Shown here piece after piece: positions 39,601-49,234 of a stretch of 64,000 nucleotides of DNA (position 1 is the stretch's first letter; each line of letters opens with the position of its first letter). This DNA comes from an uncultured Lentisphaerales bacterium (lineage in GTDB: Bacteria; Verrucomicrobiota; Lentisphaeria; JABSQK01; UBA12247), in assembly GCA_943788985.1 (NCBI GenBank), contig CALSSJ010000013.1, forward strand, positions 21,521-85,520, given 5' to 3'. Made by a program: the position numbers and the translations under genes. Under the pieces are notes generated by a model. It was not told where the DNA came from, made no database searches, and saw only the letters and a program-made list of their open reading frames with translations.

Positions 39601-40764
39601 CCCTGGATTGCGGCGCGCGGTGTCTGGTTGCTGCCGTATCTGGGCGAAGCCGGGCTGGTTCAGTGTGTTGCCTTGCTTGCCTCGGAGGATCCTTGGCTGC
39701 GGCTGACCGCGTACCGTGCGCTGCGCCGGGCCAACCGCCCTATCCTCCCCTACGCTGAGCAATTGGCAAGCGATCCGGATCCACGTGTGGGCCGAGATGT
39801 CGCCCTTTCCTTGCGCGACGTGCCGCTGGCACAAACGGCCGAGATCTTCCTCAAACTAGCGGACCAATGGGACGGCAAGGACCGCACCTATCTCGAGGCA
39901 CTTGGCCTCGGGCTGGTCAAGCAAGAAGCTCCTTTCTGGGACATGCTAAAAGCCCGCGAGACCGCCACTGCCAAACAGTGGACGCCCGCGTTCGCACGCC
40001 TGACTTGGCGCTTACATCCGCCCGCTGCCTTGCCGTTTCTGCTGCAACGGGCCCAGGCCCTAAGCCTGAGCAGCGAGGCACGCAAACTCGCGCTCGATAC
40101 GATCGCCTTTACGCCTGGACCAGAAGCCCCGCGCGCCATGCTGCAGGTCTACGGCGCTGGCGGCCCAGAGGCCGCCTATGCCAGGATGTGGCTGAATATG
40201 CGCTATTTTGGCGGTGGCTGGGATGACCTTATGCCACGCTCAGATGCGGAGGCCGCTGGCGCCATCGCACCATTGGCAGTGATCCAACCCATCACAGTGC
40301 CACCCAAGCCGAAAGAGCCAAAGCTCCCGCCCATGAAGGAAATCCTAGCGTTGACCGGTGACACAGCGAAGGGTAAAATGGTGGCAGCCCGCTGCTACAT
40401 CTGCCACAAGTTTGACGGCAACGGGATTGCCTACGGTCCCACGCTAGACGGCTGGGGCAAAGCGCGTTCTCGCGAGGAAGTACTGCGAGCGGTCTATAAT
40501 CCAGACGCCGCCATCGCACACGGCTACGACGGGTCCAAGATCCTCAGAAGAGGCAAGCCTGAGCTTCACGGCCGAGTGCTCAACCATGACGACTTTGTGT
40601 TGACCGTCCAGTCGACTGGCGGCGTCGTGCAGAAGGTCCGTAGCAAAGACGTCCATCGCATTGTCCCGCTGAAGCGCAGCCTGATGTTCTATCCCCAGCA
40701 ACTGGGGCTGACGCAGGCCCAGGACTTCGCTGACCTAGTCAGCTTTCTGCGAGAGCTCAAGTAA
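36622..40764 (+). CDS. PVC-type heme-binding protein: ThuA-like domain, NPCBM domain, dehydrogenase-like propeller, HEAT repeats, cytochrome c (CYICH)
   Basis: KKVLFIAGHPSH..HEF, GFTGGHYH, GLGTHAPS (NPCBM), WVAEGVNYR, HNFRNSYE, CYICH; 1380 aa. Confidence 0.9.
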   Translation: MQIQKCYQSKARGKRALPGALAILFILCALLASEAAAARKKVLFIAGHPSHSNGEHEFRAGCMLLAKAINDSGLDIEAVVHSYDWPKDESIFEGVDAVVIYADAGGPIRNKLTFLDEKVKAGMGIMFMHYGVHPPKQIGQDYFLDWIGGYFETGWSVNPHWIADLAPKANHPVGNGIDKPVKAYDEFYFNMRFPTDCDECYPLVTASPQPDRMVRYINLWNEHGDAAFGKPQALMWCRDPKSGGRGIGFTGGHYHKNWAIDDFRKLALNSIVWLARGEVPATGVPSQPLTQEHLNANLDRPKPGEVLPLPDGSELTQKPMARPQDPANYGRKGKTKPKASKAKKKARKSNKAKAAAPDAASPQAWTRPLLSSDKERLVQVELMVKGLKEIYLTVDDLHEDSHDWADWLNPRFVDAQGKETLLGQSQIVKATQGWGKLKHDMSVGGKPLKVAGKTYKQGLGTHAPSNIAVTVPKGAVKFLTSVGIDDGGALRNGKPTPAGMRFGVLAQPWSGKSAETAGKLTSKTLVPADYLTATGDLEVTLWASSPLLHNPTNMDTDADGRIWVAEGVNYRRHGNRAPKGDRIVVLEDTNGDGQADTSSVFVQDPELAAPLGVSVFGNKIVVAQPPNLLVYTDVNHNRVFEKGIDTREVLLTGFNAKQHDHSLHSVTAGPDGQWYLNQGNCGAVFTATDGKTFRLGSPYKGGGGEWFVDQKAAAGQPSDDGHVWIAGFIARMNPDGSNVEIVGHNFRNSYENTVNSYGEVFQNDNDDPPACRTSYVLEYGNAGFFSADGKRTWQVDRRPGQSTPTAHWRQEDPGTMPSGDVYGRGSPTGIAFYENGALPTSYRGTLLSGQAALRLIFGYQPEPDGAGYKLERSHFVAATGPKDPALQGDKVWYNFRPSDVMVGADGAIYVADWFDPGVGGHGDRDAATAGAIYRIAPKGFKSAPKKIDLTTLEGAATALESPAVNVRYGGFVALRERGAAALPTVTRLMKHENPWIAARGVWLLPYLGEAGLVQCVALLASEDPWLRLTAYRALRRANRPILPYAEQLASDPDPRVGRDVALSLRDVPLAQTAEIFLKLADQWDGKDRTYLEALGLGLVKQEAPFWDMLKARETATAKQWTPAFARLTWRLHPPAALPFLLQRAQALSLSSEARKLALDTIAFTPGPEAPRAMLQVYGAGGPEAAYARMWLNMRYFGGGWDDLMPRSDAEAAGAIAPLAVIQPITVPPKPKEPKLPPMKEILALTGDTAKGKMVAARCYICHKFDGNGIAYGPTLDGWGKARSREEVLRAVYNPDAAIAHGYDGSKILRRGKPELHGRVLNHDDFVLTVQSTGGVVQKVRSKDVHRIVPLKRSLMFYPQQLGLTQAQDFADLVSFLRELK

Positions 40765-40808
40765 GCCGGGCCTAATGCGGCGGCTCAAGCGCGCGGTTGA
40801 TGTGTTCG

Positions 40809-40914
40809 GACTAGCGACCAGCGATTGGCGACCAACGATTTTTAAGGAGTTCGTCGATCAGTCATCCCCGTCACCGCGTCTATTCTGCGCATCGCTGGTC
40901 GTGAGTCGCTAGTC
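40809..40914. repeat. Inverted element built from GCGAC(C/T)A heptamer units
   Basis: GACTAGCGAC/GTCGCTAGTC and CGACCAGCGAT/ATCGCTGGTCG inverted pairs. Confidence 0.45.
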
Positions 40915-40964
40915 GAAAAAAAAAGAAAACAACTGCCACCACGAGCTCCAGCACGCTCCACACA

Positions 40965-41645
40965 ATGATGATAACATCGGTCTATATCCCCACTAACTTG
41001 GACGGCTTCATTGCTGGTGGGACGGTTGCATCGACTGGCTCGATAAAAGCGGCCTCGCAGAGAATACCATCGTCATCTACAACCCAGCCCAGGACTTCTA
41101 CCTCGGGGGCACGGCTGGAGTGATAAGCGCCTAAAGCACGAGGCATCTTTGCGAATGCCGCTTCTCATCCGCTGGCCCCAGCGCGTGAAGCCAGGCACCC
41201 GGATCAACGCCATGATACAAAATGTCGATTATGCCCCGACCTTTTTGGAGATCGCTGGCCTACCAGCTCCAGAAGTTATCCAGGGACGCTCGCTGTTGTC
41301 GCTACGCCGGCAGACTGGCGTACCGCCATCTACTACCACTCCCCCCCCCACAGCGGTGCTTATAACCTGCCCAAGATCGAGGGCGTCCGCGGCGACCGCT
41401 TCAAGCTGATCGGCTATTACGACCACCCGAAGCTAAAGTTGGGCGAGCAATGGGAGCTATTCGAACTTGAACAAGATCCGCAGGAACTTCACTCTCAGCA
41501 TGCCAATCCAGAATTCGCAGCCCCGCGCACGTGGCTCGAAGCGGAGCTTCAGCGCCTACGCCACGACTACGGCGTCCCAAGATTGGAAGCCTCCTCCCCT
41601 CCCCTCCTTGCAGACAAAACCTCCTGCGTCACATTCGCCAGATGA
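40965..41645 (+). pseudogene. Sulfatase 3' remnant
   Basis: NTIVIY, LGGHGWSDKR, EASLRMPLLIRWP, QNVDYAPTFL, GVRGDRFKLI, ELFELEQDPQE, with stops and frameshifts. Confidence 0.75.
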
Positions 41646-42090
41646 ATCCGGCGCGCCCAGTCTCCCGTAACGCGCTCCGGTCCCATTTCTTCGGGGGCAG
41701 CAGGTGCTGGATCGTCTTCAACGCTTGGCTGAAGTCAAAGTGAACTGTGATACCGTTGGCCGGCTTGTAGCGTCCTAGGTCATGTCTTGGGTTGGATGCG
41801 TTATGACAGCGGATGCAGAGCTTGCAACTGCCGCGATGCCCGCGTTACATTGGCTGGGGCTGCCTACCTGTCCGGCGCCAATCCAGCCACGCTCATTTCG
41901 CCCTGATCCCTTGAATCCTGTACTCCGCCAGCCTATGTTCGCGGTAGCGCGAAAAGTCTTGCGCTTGCCGTTGCCTGAATTCGTTCCTTGAATGACAACA
42001 TTCATCCCCGTCTTATTAGATAACTTTATCGGGTTGCCAGTCACTAGCCCGGCTTTCCGCGTTGTGATTGTGCACGGAGGTGCGGCGAAA

Positions 42091-43155
42091 ATGCGAGTGA
42101 ATGCCCACATACAAGCGATCGGAACCGCAGTGCCCCCATGGCGCTACGATCAGCTCGAACTGGCAACCAGCCTCGCAACAATCCTGGGCGTTCCAAGGTC
42201 GAGCCGGATCCTAGCAGAGCTTGCCCGAAATACGGCAATAGCGAGCCGCTACTCCGTACTGCCCGACTTCTCGCCTACCTGCCAAGAGCCTCTGCTCTAT
42301 GGCCAGGAAGCTCCTACCACCGCGACCCGCAATCGGATCTATGAGCAGTTGGCCGCACCACTAGCCGCCCGGGCCGCCAGTGCAACCCTTGCCAGCGCCA
42401 AAATCTCGGCCTGCGAGGTCACTCACCTAATTACCGTCTCCTGTACTGGCTTCTCTGCACCAGGCATCGATGTCGGCCTGATCCATTCCCTGAAACTCGC
42501 CCCACATGTGCAACGGTTTCACTTGGGTTTCATGGGCTGCTTCGCTGGTCTTCCGGCGTTGCATCTGGCCTCTCAGATTGTCATCGCGCAGCCAGGCGCG
42601 GTGGTCCTAGTGGTTTGCTGCGAGCTGTGCTCGCTGCACTTTCAGCCAACCAACGAGCGCAACAATCTACTCTCCGCCAGCATTTTTGCAGATGGTGCGG
42701 GGGCCGCACTAGTGAGTGCCGATCCCACGGGCCCTTTTCGCCTCGGCACCCACGGTTCAATCCTTATCCCCGACAGCACAGGTGCCATGTCCTGGCAAGT
42801 TGGCGATACCGGCTTTATCATGGGATTGTCGCGCGAAGTGCCACGACTGATCAGCGACGGACTGCGCACCCGGCTCGCCGCAGCCGACGGGCCGCTGTTT
42901 ACCACCCCGGAAGCACTCATTTGGGCCGTACATCCAGGCGGCGCTGCCATCCTCGAGGCATGCGCCACCGGCCTGAGCCTCCCCACGACGGCACTGGCAA
43001 ATTCCTATCGGGTCCTCCGCGACTACGGCAATCTCAGCAGCGCCACGATTCTCTTTGTGCTCAAAGAACTGCTGGCCGACAACCGAACAGGCCCCGGCTG
43101 CGCCCTCGCCTTTGGCCCCGGCCTCACAGCAAACTGGCTCACCTTTCACCGATGA
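42091..43155 (+). CDS. Type III polyketide synthase
   Basis: Catalytic triad MGCFAG (Cys), VHPGG (His), YGNLSS (Asn); CELCSLH, FADGA, AFGPGL; RBS GGAGG. Confidence 0.93.
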   Translation: MRVNAHIQAIGTAVPPWRYDQLELATSLATILGVPRSSRILAELARNTAIASRYSVLPDFSPTCQEPLLYGQEAPTTATRNRIYEQLAAPLAARAASATLASAKISACEVTHLITVSCTGFSAPGIDVGLIHSLKLAPHVQRFHLGFMGCFAGLPALHLASQIVIAQPGAVVLVVCCELCSLHFQPTNERNNLLSASIFADGAGAALVSADPTGPFRLGTHGSILIPDSTGAMSWQVGDTGFIMGLSREVPRLISDGLRTRLAAADGPLFTTPEALIWAVHPGGAAILEACATGLSLPTTALANSYRVLRDYGNLSSATILFVLKELLADNRTGPGCALAFGPGLTANWLTFHR

Positions 43156-43826
43156 ATCTCTCCCGCCGCGATGAACAGCTAGTGGAAGCGATGGACGACT
43201 CCAACTGCGACCAAGGCCTTTTTCTGCGCACTCATCGTCAGCTTGCCACCATCAATTCCCTGCTCTGCCGCTGGCGCTGGCTGTACCTACACCATATTCG
43301 GTCTCAGTGCCTACCGGGCCAAAGCTATCGCCTGCTTGATGTCGGCTGCGGCACCGGTCATCTTCTGATCACCCTGGCTGACTGGGCCCGGCAGGATCAG
43401 ATCGACTTTGAACCCATCGGCATCGATCTCGACGCACGCGCTTTCGCCATCGCTGCTTCCGGTCTCACCCTCCGCCAGCAATCCATTCAAGACCTGGCAG
43501 CCGATAACGAGACGTTCGACTTTGTCGTCTGCAATCATGTCCTGCATCATTTGCCCACGAACGAAATCACTGAGTTTCTGGCTGCAATTACTGCCGTTAC
43601 CCGCCGCTGTGCCATCGTCAACGACATTGCCCGCAGCAACTTCGCCTACCGCACCTTTCCGCTGGTCGGTTGCTGCTTCCGCAACAGCTGGATTCTGCCG
43701 GATGGGCTCCTCTCTATTCGCCGCAGCTTCACCCCGCATGAACTCCTCCCGCTGCTGCCGCCAGCATGGCGCATCCAGACACTGCCACCAAGCCGCCTCG
43801 TGGCACGGTATAATGCCAGCCTATGA
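43152..43826 (+). CDS. Class I SAM-dependent methyltransferase
   Basis: EAMDD, LLDVGCGTG, CNHVLHH, SIRRSFT; ATGA overlap with the PKS stop. Confidence 0.85.
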   Translation: MNLSRRDEQLVEAMDDSNCDQGLFLRTHRQLATINSLLCRWRWLYLHHIRSQCLPGQSYRLLDVGCGTGHLLITLADWARQDQIDFEPIGIDLDARAFAIAASGLTLRQQSIQDLAADNETFDFVVCNHVLHHLPTNEITEFLAAITAVTRRCAIVNDIARSNFAYRTFPLVGCCFRNSWILPDGLLSIRRSFTPHELLPLLPPAWRIQTLPPSRLVARYNASL

Positions 43827-44916
43827 CTTCGTCATTTGCGGGGCCGGGCCCGTCGGCCTGTACGCAGCCTGCCTCCTGCACGCCCGCGGGCACAGCTGCT
43901 GTGTGCTCGAGAAAGACGCAGCCCTGCCGCCCCAGTCGCGCGCCATCGGCATCCATCCGCCCAGCCTGCGGCTGTTCGCCGAACTAGATCTCGCCGACCG
44001 CATCATTGCTGCCGGTTACTCGCTTGATCAGGCGCGCGTTTACGTCGATCGCCGCGAAATCACCACGCTAGACTTCAGCGGACTCAACCATCCGTTCCCC
44101 TTCATCCTATCGTTGCCGCAAGCCAATCTTCTGCGCATCCTGCACCAGCACCTGCTTGATCTCGGGGTGCCCATTCTGTGGCAGCATGAAGTTGCCAGCC
44201 TAAGCCAGTCCAACACTGAGGTGACGGTGCAGTCGGTCCATGGCATCAGCATTAGCGGCCGATACCTGCTAGCCTGTGATGGTGCCCACAGTAGCATCCG
44301 CACATTCCTTGGCATCAACTGGCGCGCCACAACCTACCCCGACACCTATCTCATGGGCGACTTCCAAGACCAGACGCCCGCCGGCGCAGCTGCCGCCATT
44401 CACCTCGGCACGGACGGCCTGGTAGAGTCGTTCCCGCTGCCCGCTGGCCTGCGGCGTTGGGTAGTCCGCCAGCAAGCGCCATGTCCCCAAGCAGGATGCC
44501 AGGAGCTGCGTGCTGCTGTCGCCCAGCGAACCGGCCACACCGATCTGGGAACAGCGGATGGCGAAGCCTCGTTCTTCCGCGTCCACGGCTGCTCCGCCGA
44601 CACGCTCTATCAAAACCGAGTCATTCTCCTCGGCGATGCTGCCCATGTAGTTAGTCCCATCGGCGGCCAAGGCATGAATCTGGGCTGGCTCCGGGCCCAT
44701 AAGCTTCTCAACGACTTCACTCCCGGCAACCTCCCCGAATGGCAGCAAACCACCCTCCGCTTCGCCGATCGCATCCGCCGTCAGGCAGTCTGGAACATGC
44801 GCCTGGGGCGCCCTCAATCCAGCCCGCGCCTCCTCGCCTGCCTTCTCCGCCTCTACTTCGGACCACTGTTCGTTGCCAGTTTTCGGCGCCGCTTCACCAT
44901 GACGCAGCGCCGTTGA
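43813..44916 (+). CDS. FAD-dependent monooxygenase (PheA/TfdB-type)
   Basis: GAGPVG, ACDGAHS, LLGDAAHVVSPIGGQGMNLG. Confidence 0.88.
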   Translation: MPAYDFVICGAGPVGLYAACLLHARGHSCCVLEKDAALPPQSRAIGIHPPSLRLFAELDLADRIIAAGYSLDQARVYVDRREITTLDFSGLNHPFPFILSLPQANLLRILHQHLLDLGVPILWQHEVASLSQSNTEVTVQSVHGISISGRYLLACDGAHSSIRTFLGINWRATTYPDTYLMGDFQDQTPAGAAAAIHLGTDGLVESFPLPAGLRRWVVRQQAPCPQAGCQELRAAVAQRTGHTDLGTADGEASFFRVHGCSADTLYQNRVILLGDAAHVVSPIGGQGMNLGWLRAHKLLNDFTPGNLPEWQQTTLRFADRIRRQAVWNMRLGRPQSSPRLLACLLRLYFGPLFVASFRRRFTMTQRR

Positions 44917-44919
44917 AAG

Positions 44920-45330
44920 CAAGTTGCCCCCCGTTGCCTGCGAACATCGCAAAAAGTTCGAACCCCGCCAGATCCTTGGTTTCAGCCGAAAAACAGTAGA
45001 GTTTGGCTTTTCGCCGATAAATACCTGGTGGTCAAACACAAACTTCTCTTGCTCGCCAAAGATGCCGGCGGCAACAATGTGCTGCTGCGTGGCCTTAAGG
45101 CGATAGAAAAGGCGGCTGCCGCAGACACTGCACAATCCACGTTCGGCCCACAGCGACGAGTCGAACACCGAGACACCGCCTTGGATTGTAACATTCGTGC
45201 CCCCATCCAACGCCATAAACGGCCCAACACCCCAGCGTCGCCCCGATGCGAATCTTGCTTCAACCGCCATCCCGATCTGCTTGGTCGCTCGCAGTATGGC
45301 TATCGTTCAGGCAACTCCAGCCCCGCCAAG
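44920..45330 (-). pseudogene. GFA (CENP-V-like) family pseudogene
   Basis: RRWGVGPFMA, DSSLWAERGLCSVCGSRLFYRL, FDHQVFI; frameshifts at both ends. Confidence 0.7.
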
Positions 45331-45516
45331 GAAGTCCAGCAAGAGCCATAAAGCTCATCAAATACCGAAGGAAGCTAGCGGATGACGGAAAGCGAAGCGA
45401 GGAGCACATCGCAGACCTACTCAAGGTGAGAACATCAGCAGAACTCACGATGCAGGCTATCATCCCGGCGTAAAGTCTTTATTGCCATTCCTCAATTGAG
45501 AAGATGTGCCATCGGT

Positions 45517-46446
45517 TCAGCAAATCATGCCTTTCTTGGCATTGGCCCCGTGTCCTACAGGGGCAGCGCCAATCCAGCGCTCGTCTGCAGGCTCCGAGGC
45601 AAGCTGGTACCTTGAATCGGTTGAAAGCCTAAAGCGGCTGGTATGGTTGTCGGCCGAGGCGTGCAAGGTATGCATGCCAAACGTTAGGATATCCCCGGCC
45701 TGAAACTCGGTGCTCAACCAGCGCTGCTTGAATCGAGACTGAAGCTTGATTGTGTCAGGATCGAAGATACCTGCGCTTTTGTCGGCGCGCCAAGCCGGCA
45801 GGTTCGCTGCGTTTTCAGCTGCGGTGGGCTTCGTCTCACAGTAGGTGTCCACATCATTGGTCCAGTAGTCTGCCAGCAGGTCCTCCCGAGTGTGAGAGTT
45901 CTCCAGAATCATCAAGCCACCCAGCTCGTAAGGCACATCCATTAGCGGCGTCCACGTCGTATAGAGATCCGGTGTGCCACGGCCCATATACACGGTATCG
46001 CAGTGTGGTGGCGTGTTCCGCCCTGCGGTACCATTCCGGAACCAGGTAAAGTCGAAATGGCGGACCGAATCGCCCAGAAACCGCGCCCAAAAGCTCATCA
46101 TCTCTGCTTCGTACAGCAGTTGGAATACTTCCGGCACGCCATTGGCGATCGCCACAGTATTGACTGCTGGCTTGCCGGAGCGGACCTGCCCTTCTACGCG
46201 ACGGGCGGCAGGATCGAGGCACCCGAGCCGATCAAGTTGCTCCAACATGGCATCACGAGCAGCGGCCACTCGCGTCGTGTCGAGCAAGCCGGGGAGGTAA
46301 AGATAGCCATCACCCACCATACGCTCACGTAGCGCGTCCACATCGTCTTGAACATCGTCTGAGCGTCTCAACTCTCCAAATGCCCCCGGAAGTTCGGTGA
46401 GGTAGGTGCCGTCGATACTGGGGCCTGTTTTTGAATCTATATCCAT
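45517..46446 (-). CDS. Phytanoyl-CoA dioxygenase (PhyH) family Fe(II)/2OG oxygenase
   Basis: DGYLYLPGL, HCD (HxD), WTPL, HASADN, RLSTDSRYQ. Confidence 0.9.
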   Translation of the reverse strand: MDIDSKTGPSIDGTYLTELPGAFGELRRSDDVQDDVDALRERMVGDGYLYLPGLLDTTRVAAARDAMLEQLDRLGCLDPAARRVEGQVRSGKPAVNTVAIANGVPEVFQLLYEAEMMSFWARFLGDSVRHFDFTWFRNGTAGRNTPPHCDTVYMGRGTPDLYTTWTPLMDVPYELGGLMILENSHTREDLLADYWTNDVDTYCETKPTAAENAANLPAWRADKSAGIFDPDTIKLQSRFKQRWLSTEFQAGDILTFGMHTLHASADNHTSRFRLSTDSRYQLASEPADERWIGAAPVGHGANAKKGMIC

Positions 46447-46575
46447 TGTGGCATCCTTCTAAATAGTGCGGCACATACCAATACAAAGAAAGTTGAGCAT
46501 TGTAAACCGTGCATCCATGCCGAATTTGGCCAAAATCATGAGTAATTTGGTAGACCTGAGTCAAAACTCGGTCAG

Positions 46576-47295
46576 CTACTTGAGCGACGGCGCAAAGCGC
46601 CCTCTCTTCCGTAGCATCGCCGGCGACCCGTCGGCGACAAAAGCCGACGTGGGCGCGCTGTTAAGGAAGGCAGGAAACTCGATCATAGAAACTGCTGAGG
46701 TCTTCCTCGGCCAGATAACTTGAGGCAGGCCAAACCCTCCACTGGGGATGTTCGACGTGGTACTCAACCGTGCCACCATCGCGTTGTATTGAGTACCCCC
46801 TGTAGTGCTCGGCGATGAATTTCTCCTCGGAGCAAGTATCGAAAAACGCAGCCTCTCCCGAACACTGGGCACCAATTAACAACCAGTCGCCGCGATACTG
46901 CCAGCCGTATTCAAGGCTACGCACACCGTTGTTTTTCCGCTCGTTCGTATCCTGTTGGGCAAGCGAAGTTATTCTCATTGTGGAGCCAGCGCGCCGCGGA
47001 AGCAATGGCGAGGCGCGAGACAACTTCCTTGATGAAGACGACACCGCGCCACCAGCCATCCGGCCCCTTCGCACGCACAGAAAAGCGAAGGTTTATCTCT
47101 TCGAAATCACGATGCAGGGGATCGGCACGCCCTTCACCCGCGTCTTCAAAAAGGAGAACGCGACCAAGCTTACGAAGGTGGTGCAATTCCAGCTATCCAG
47201 CTCTATGCCTTTGGGGATGTGGGGGCCAGGGATCGCCGGATCGACCGCATAACGAGGTCACGCCACTCGGCAGAATATTTCTCTTCATTGGGCGC
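46576..47295 (-). pseudogene. DUF2071 (YqjF-like) pseudogene
   Basis: AEWRDLVM, HRDFEEINLRF..RGVVFIKE, EHYRGY..RDGGTVEYHVEHPQW, SAFVADGS spread over several frames. Confidence 0.7.
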
Positions 47296-49099
47296 TTTCC
47301 TTGGGGATCTTGAGCGTGGTGACGAGCTCGCCGGGGAGCGGCTCGGCTGCGTGCAGCGAGCGAGCATATTGCCGTTGAAGATCAATGATCAGCGAGACAT
47401 TCTGCGCAGCCTCGACCGTCCAACGATAGGTGTGATCCGTTGCGAGTGGCAGCTGAAGAACCACCCAGGTCAGCCCCTCGTTCACGTCAGTTTTCTTCCC
47501 GTTTACTTCGATGGTCTGCGGGTGTGGACTTGCGACTGCGAACTCGATCGCAACCTCGCGGCCAGTGTTTGCTGCCTCTGGAACCACAAACTGCTTCTCC
47601 CACTGCCCAGCCGCTGGCTTATGACGAATCCAGCCGCCGAATGCCATCGGGCCGTGATCTTTGCACTCGTAGCGATCCAGCAGGTCCAGTTGCACCCCAT
47701 TCGGTCGCACCAACGCAACAGCTGGTGCTTCTACCACCAGCCTGTAGTAATCGAAGCCCCCCAGGACGGTACTGCTCGCCACCCCGAAACAACCGAGCAG
47801 CAGGATCAGCTCCCGTCGTGGCCGCGGCCAGCGCTTGCAGACACGCAGGGTCCGGTCCACCGCTACGCCTGCGAACATTGCAAACAGTGGCACAACCGGC
47901 ACCCGAAATCGCGCCAGGATATAAAATAGTACGATAGACGCGGCATAGGTGACAGCCAGGGCCCCACAGAACAGCACCGCCGGGCGATGCCTCCCGCGCA
48001 GGAGGGTCAGCGCCATCCCCATCAACCCCAGCGTTCCCAAAAGCCCGAAGCCGACGAGAAACGGCAACTGGATGGCTCTGGACGGCACCCAGCGACCATC
48101 GGGCGACCTCAGCGATACGTTATTGGGGATTTCAGAACGATGCAGGAACAGCAATCCCATACGGAGCTTCAACTCCAGATAGGCCATTGGCTCGCGCTGG
48201 GCCCAGTCGACGATACTGCGGCCCACACTCCGTTGGTCCGCGCCTGTGGCCTTCGCGCGTGCCACCCAGTCTGAGTAGCTGGCCGGATAACTCATCGGGC
48301 CCGGCCCGGTGTCTGCTTCCCGTCCGCCTGGCGGTGCCTCTGGCGTGTTGCCAAGCGCGAGCACATTGCCGCCTGCCGTACTGGTCACCCATTTTCCTGT
48401 GGCCCGATGATTCAGCCAGGAATACGGCACCTGAGGGAGCATTACACCCGCCAGAATTAGCGCTGTGATCGCGAACTGCCTTTTTCGCTCACTGCGAAAA
48501 CGCCACAGCGCCAGAGCCACACACAGCGGCGTAAACAACAAGGCATTGCCACGTGTCACAATGGCCAGCCCGTTGACCAACCCCAGCGCCGCCCACCACG
48601 GCCAACGTCGCAGCCGATATGCCTGTACCCCGAGCCAGCTAAGCACAGCCATCCAAAACGTCTGAACGGTTGCGATCATCGCAAACGGCGCATAAAGAAT
48701 GGACATCCGATGCAGGCCTATTCCGGCAGCTGCGACCAGCCCCGCACGACGCCCAAACAGATGCGCCGCAGTGAGTCCCGTCAACAATACCGTCAGAGTC
48801 CCCAGCGCCACCTGTACCATCGCCAGACCTGCCGTTCCGCCCAGCCACAGTCCAACAGGCACCAGGACGGTGTAGTAGAAGGGCTGATAGTAGAATCCTT
48901 CTGCCCATGGATAGTCACCATGCAGCACATCTCGCCCTAAAGCAAGATAAGTCGCCATATCCGTGAATTTAGACGGAAGTTGAACAGACGGATGCGCTCG
49001 AAAAAGCTCGGCCGCGCACCATCCCCGCAGGGCACAGGAAACTACCGTAATTCCGCCAAGCAACAACAACCATTTTCGAGTTCGAAGAGTAAAGTTCAT
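47285..49099 (-). CDS. GT-C fold (ArnT/PMT-like, GT39-type) membrane glycosyltransferase
   Basis: TDMATY acidic loop, FYYQPFY, about 11-13 TM segments, RFRVPVVP; ATG at 49099. Confidence 0.8.
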   Translation of the reverse strand: MNFTLRTRKWLLLLGGITVVSCALRGWCAAELFRAHPSVQLPSKFTDMATYLALGRDVLHGDYPWAEGFYYQPFYYTVLVPVGLWLGGTAGLAMVQVALGTLTVLLTGLTAAHLFGRRAGLVAAAGIGLHRMSILYAPFAMIATVQTFWMAVLSWLGVQAYRLRRWPWWAALGLVNGLAIVTRGNALLFTPLCVALALWRFRSERKRQFAITALILAGVMLPQVPYSWLNHRATGKWVTSTAGGNVLALGNTPEAPPGGREADTGPGPMSYPASYSDWVARAKATGADQRSVGRSIVDWAQREPMAYLELKLRMGLLFLHRSEIPNNVSLRSPDGRWVPSRAIQLPFLVGFGLLGTLGLMGMALTLLRGRHRPAVLFCGALAVTYAASIVLFYILARFRVPVVPLFAMFAGVAVDRTLRVCKRWPRPRRELILLLGCFGVASSTVLGGFDYYRLVVEAPAVALVRPNGVQLDLLDRYECKDHGPMAFGGWIRHKPAAGQWEKQFVVPEAANTGREVAIEFAVASPHPQTIEVNGKKTDVNEGLTWVVLQLPLATDHTYRWTVEAAQNVSLIIDLQRQYARSLHAAEPLPGELVTTLKIPKESAQ

Positions 49100-49234
49100 G
49101 AAGTGCACTAAAAGCCTGATGATTTCTCGAAAAACATGCCCGGTCGGCCGAATTGCTGTAGCCGTCAAGCAGAGCGGGAGCTAATGTAGAACCCATCAGG
49201 AACTCCAGCAACCTAACGGTATATTTTTGAACTG

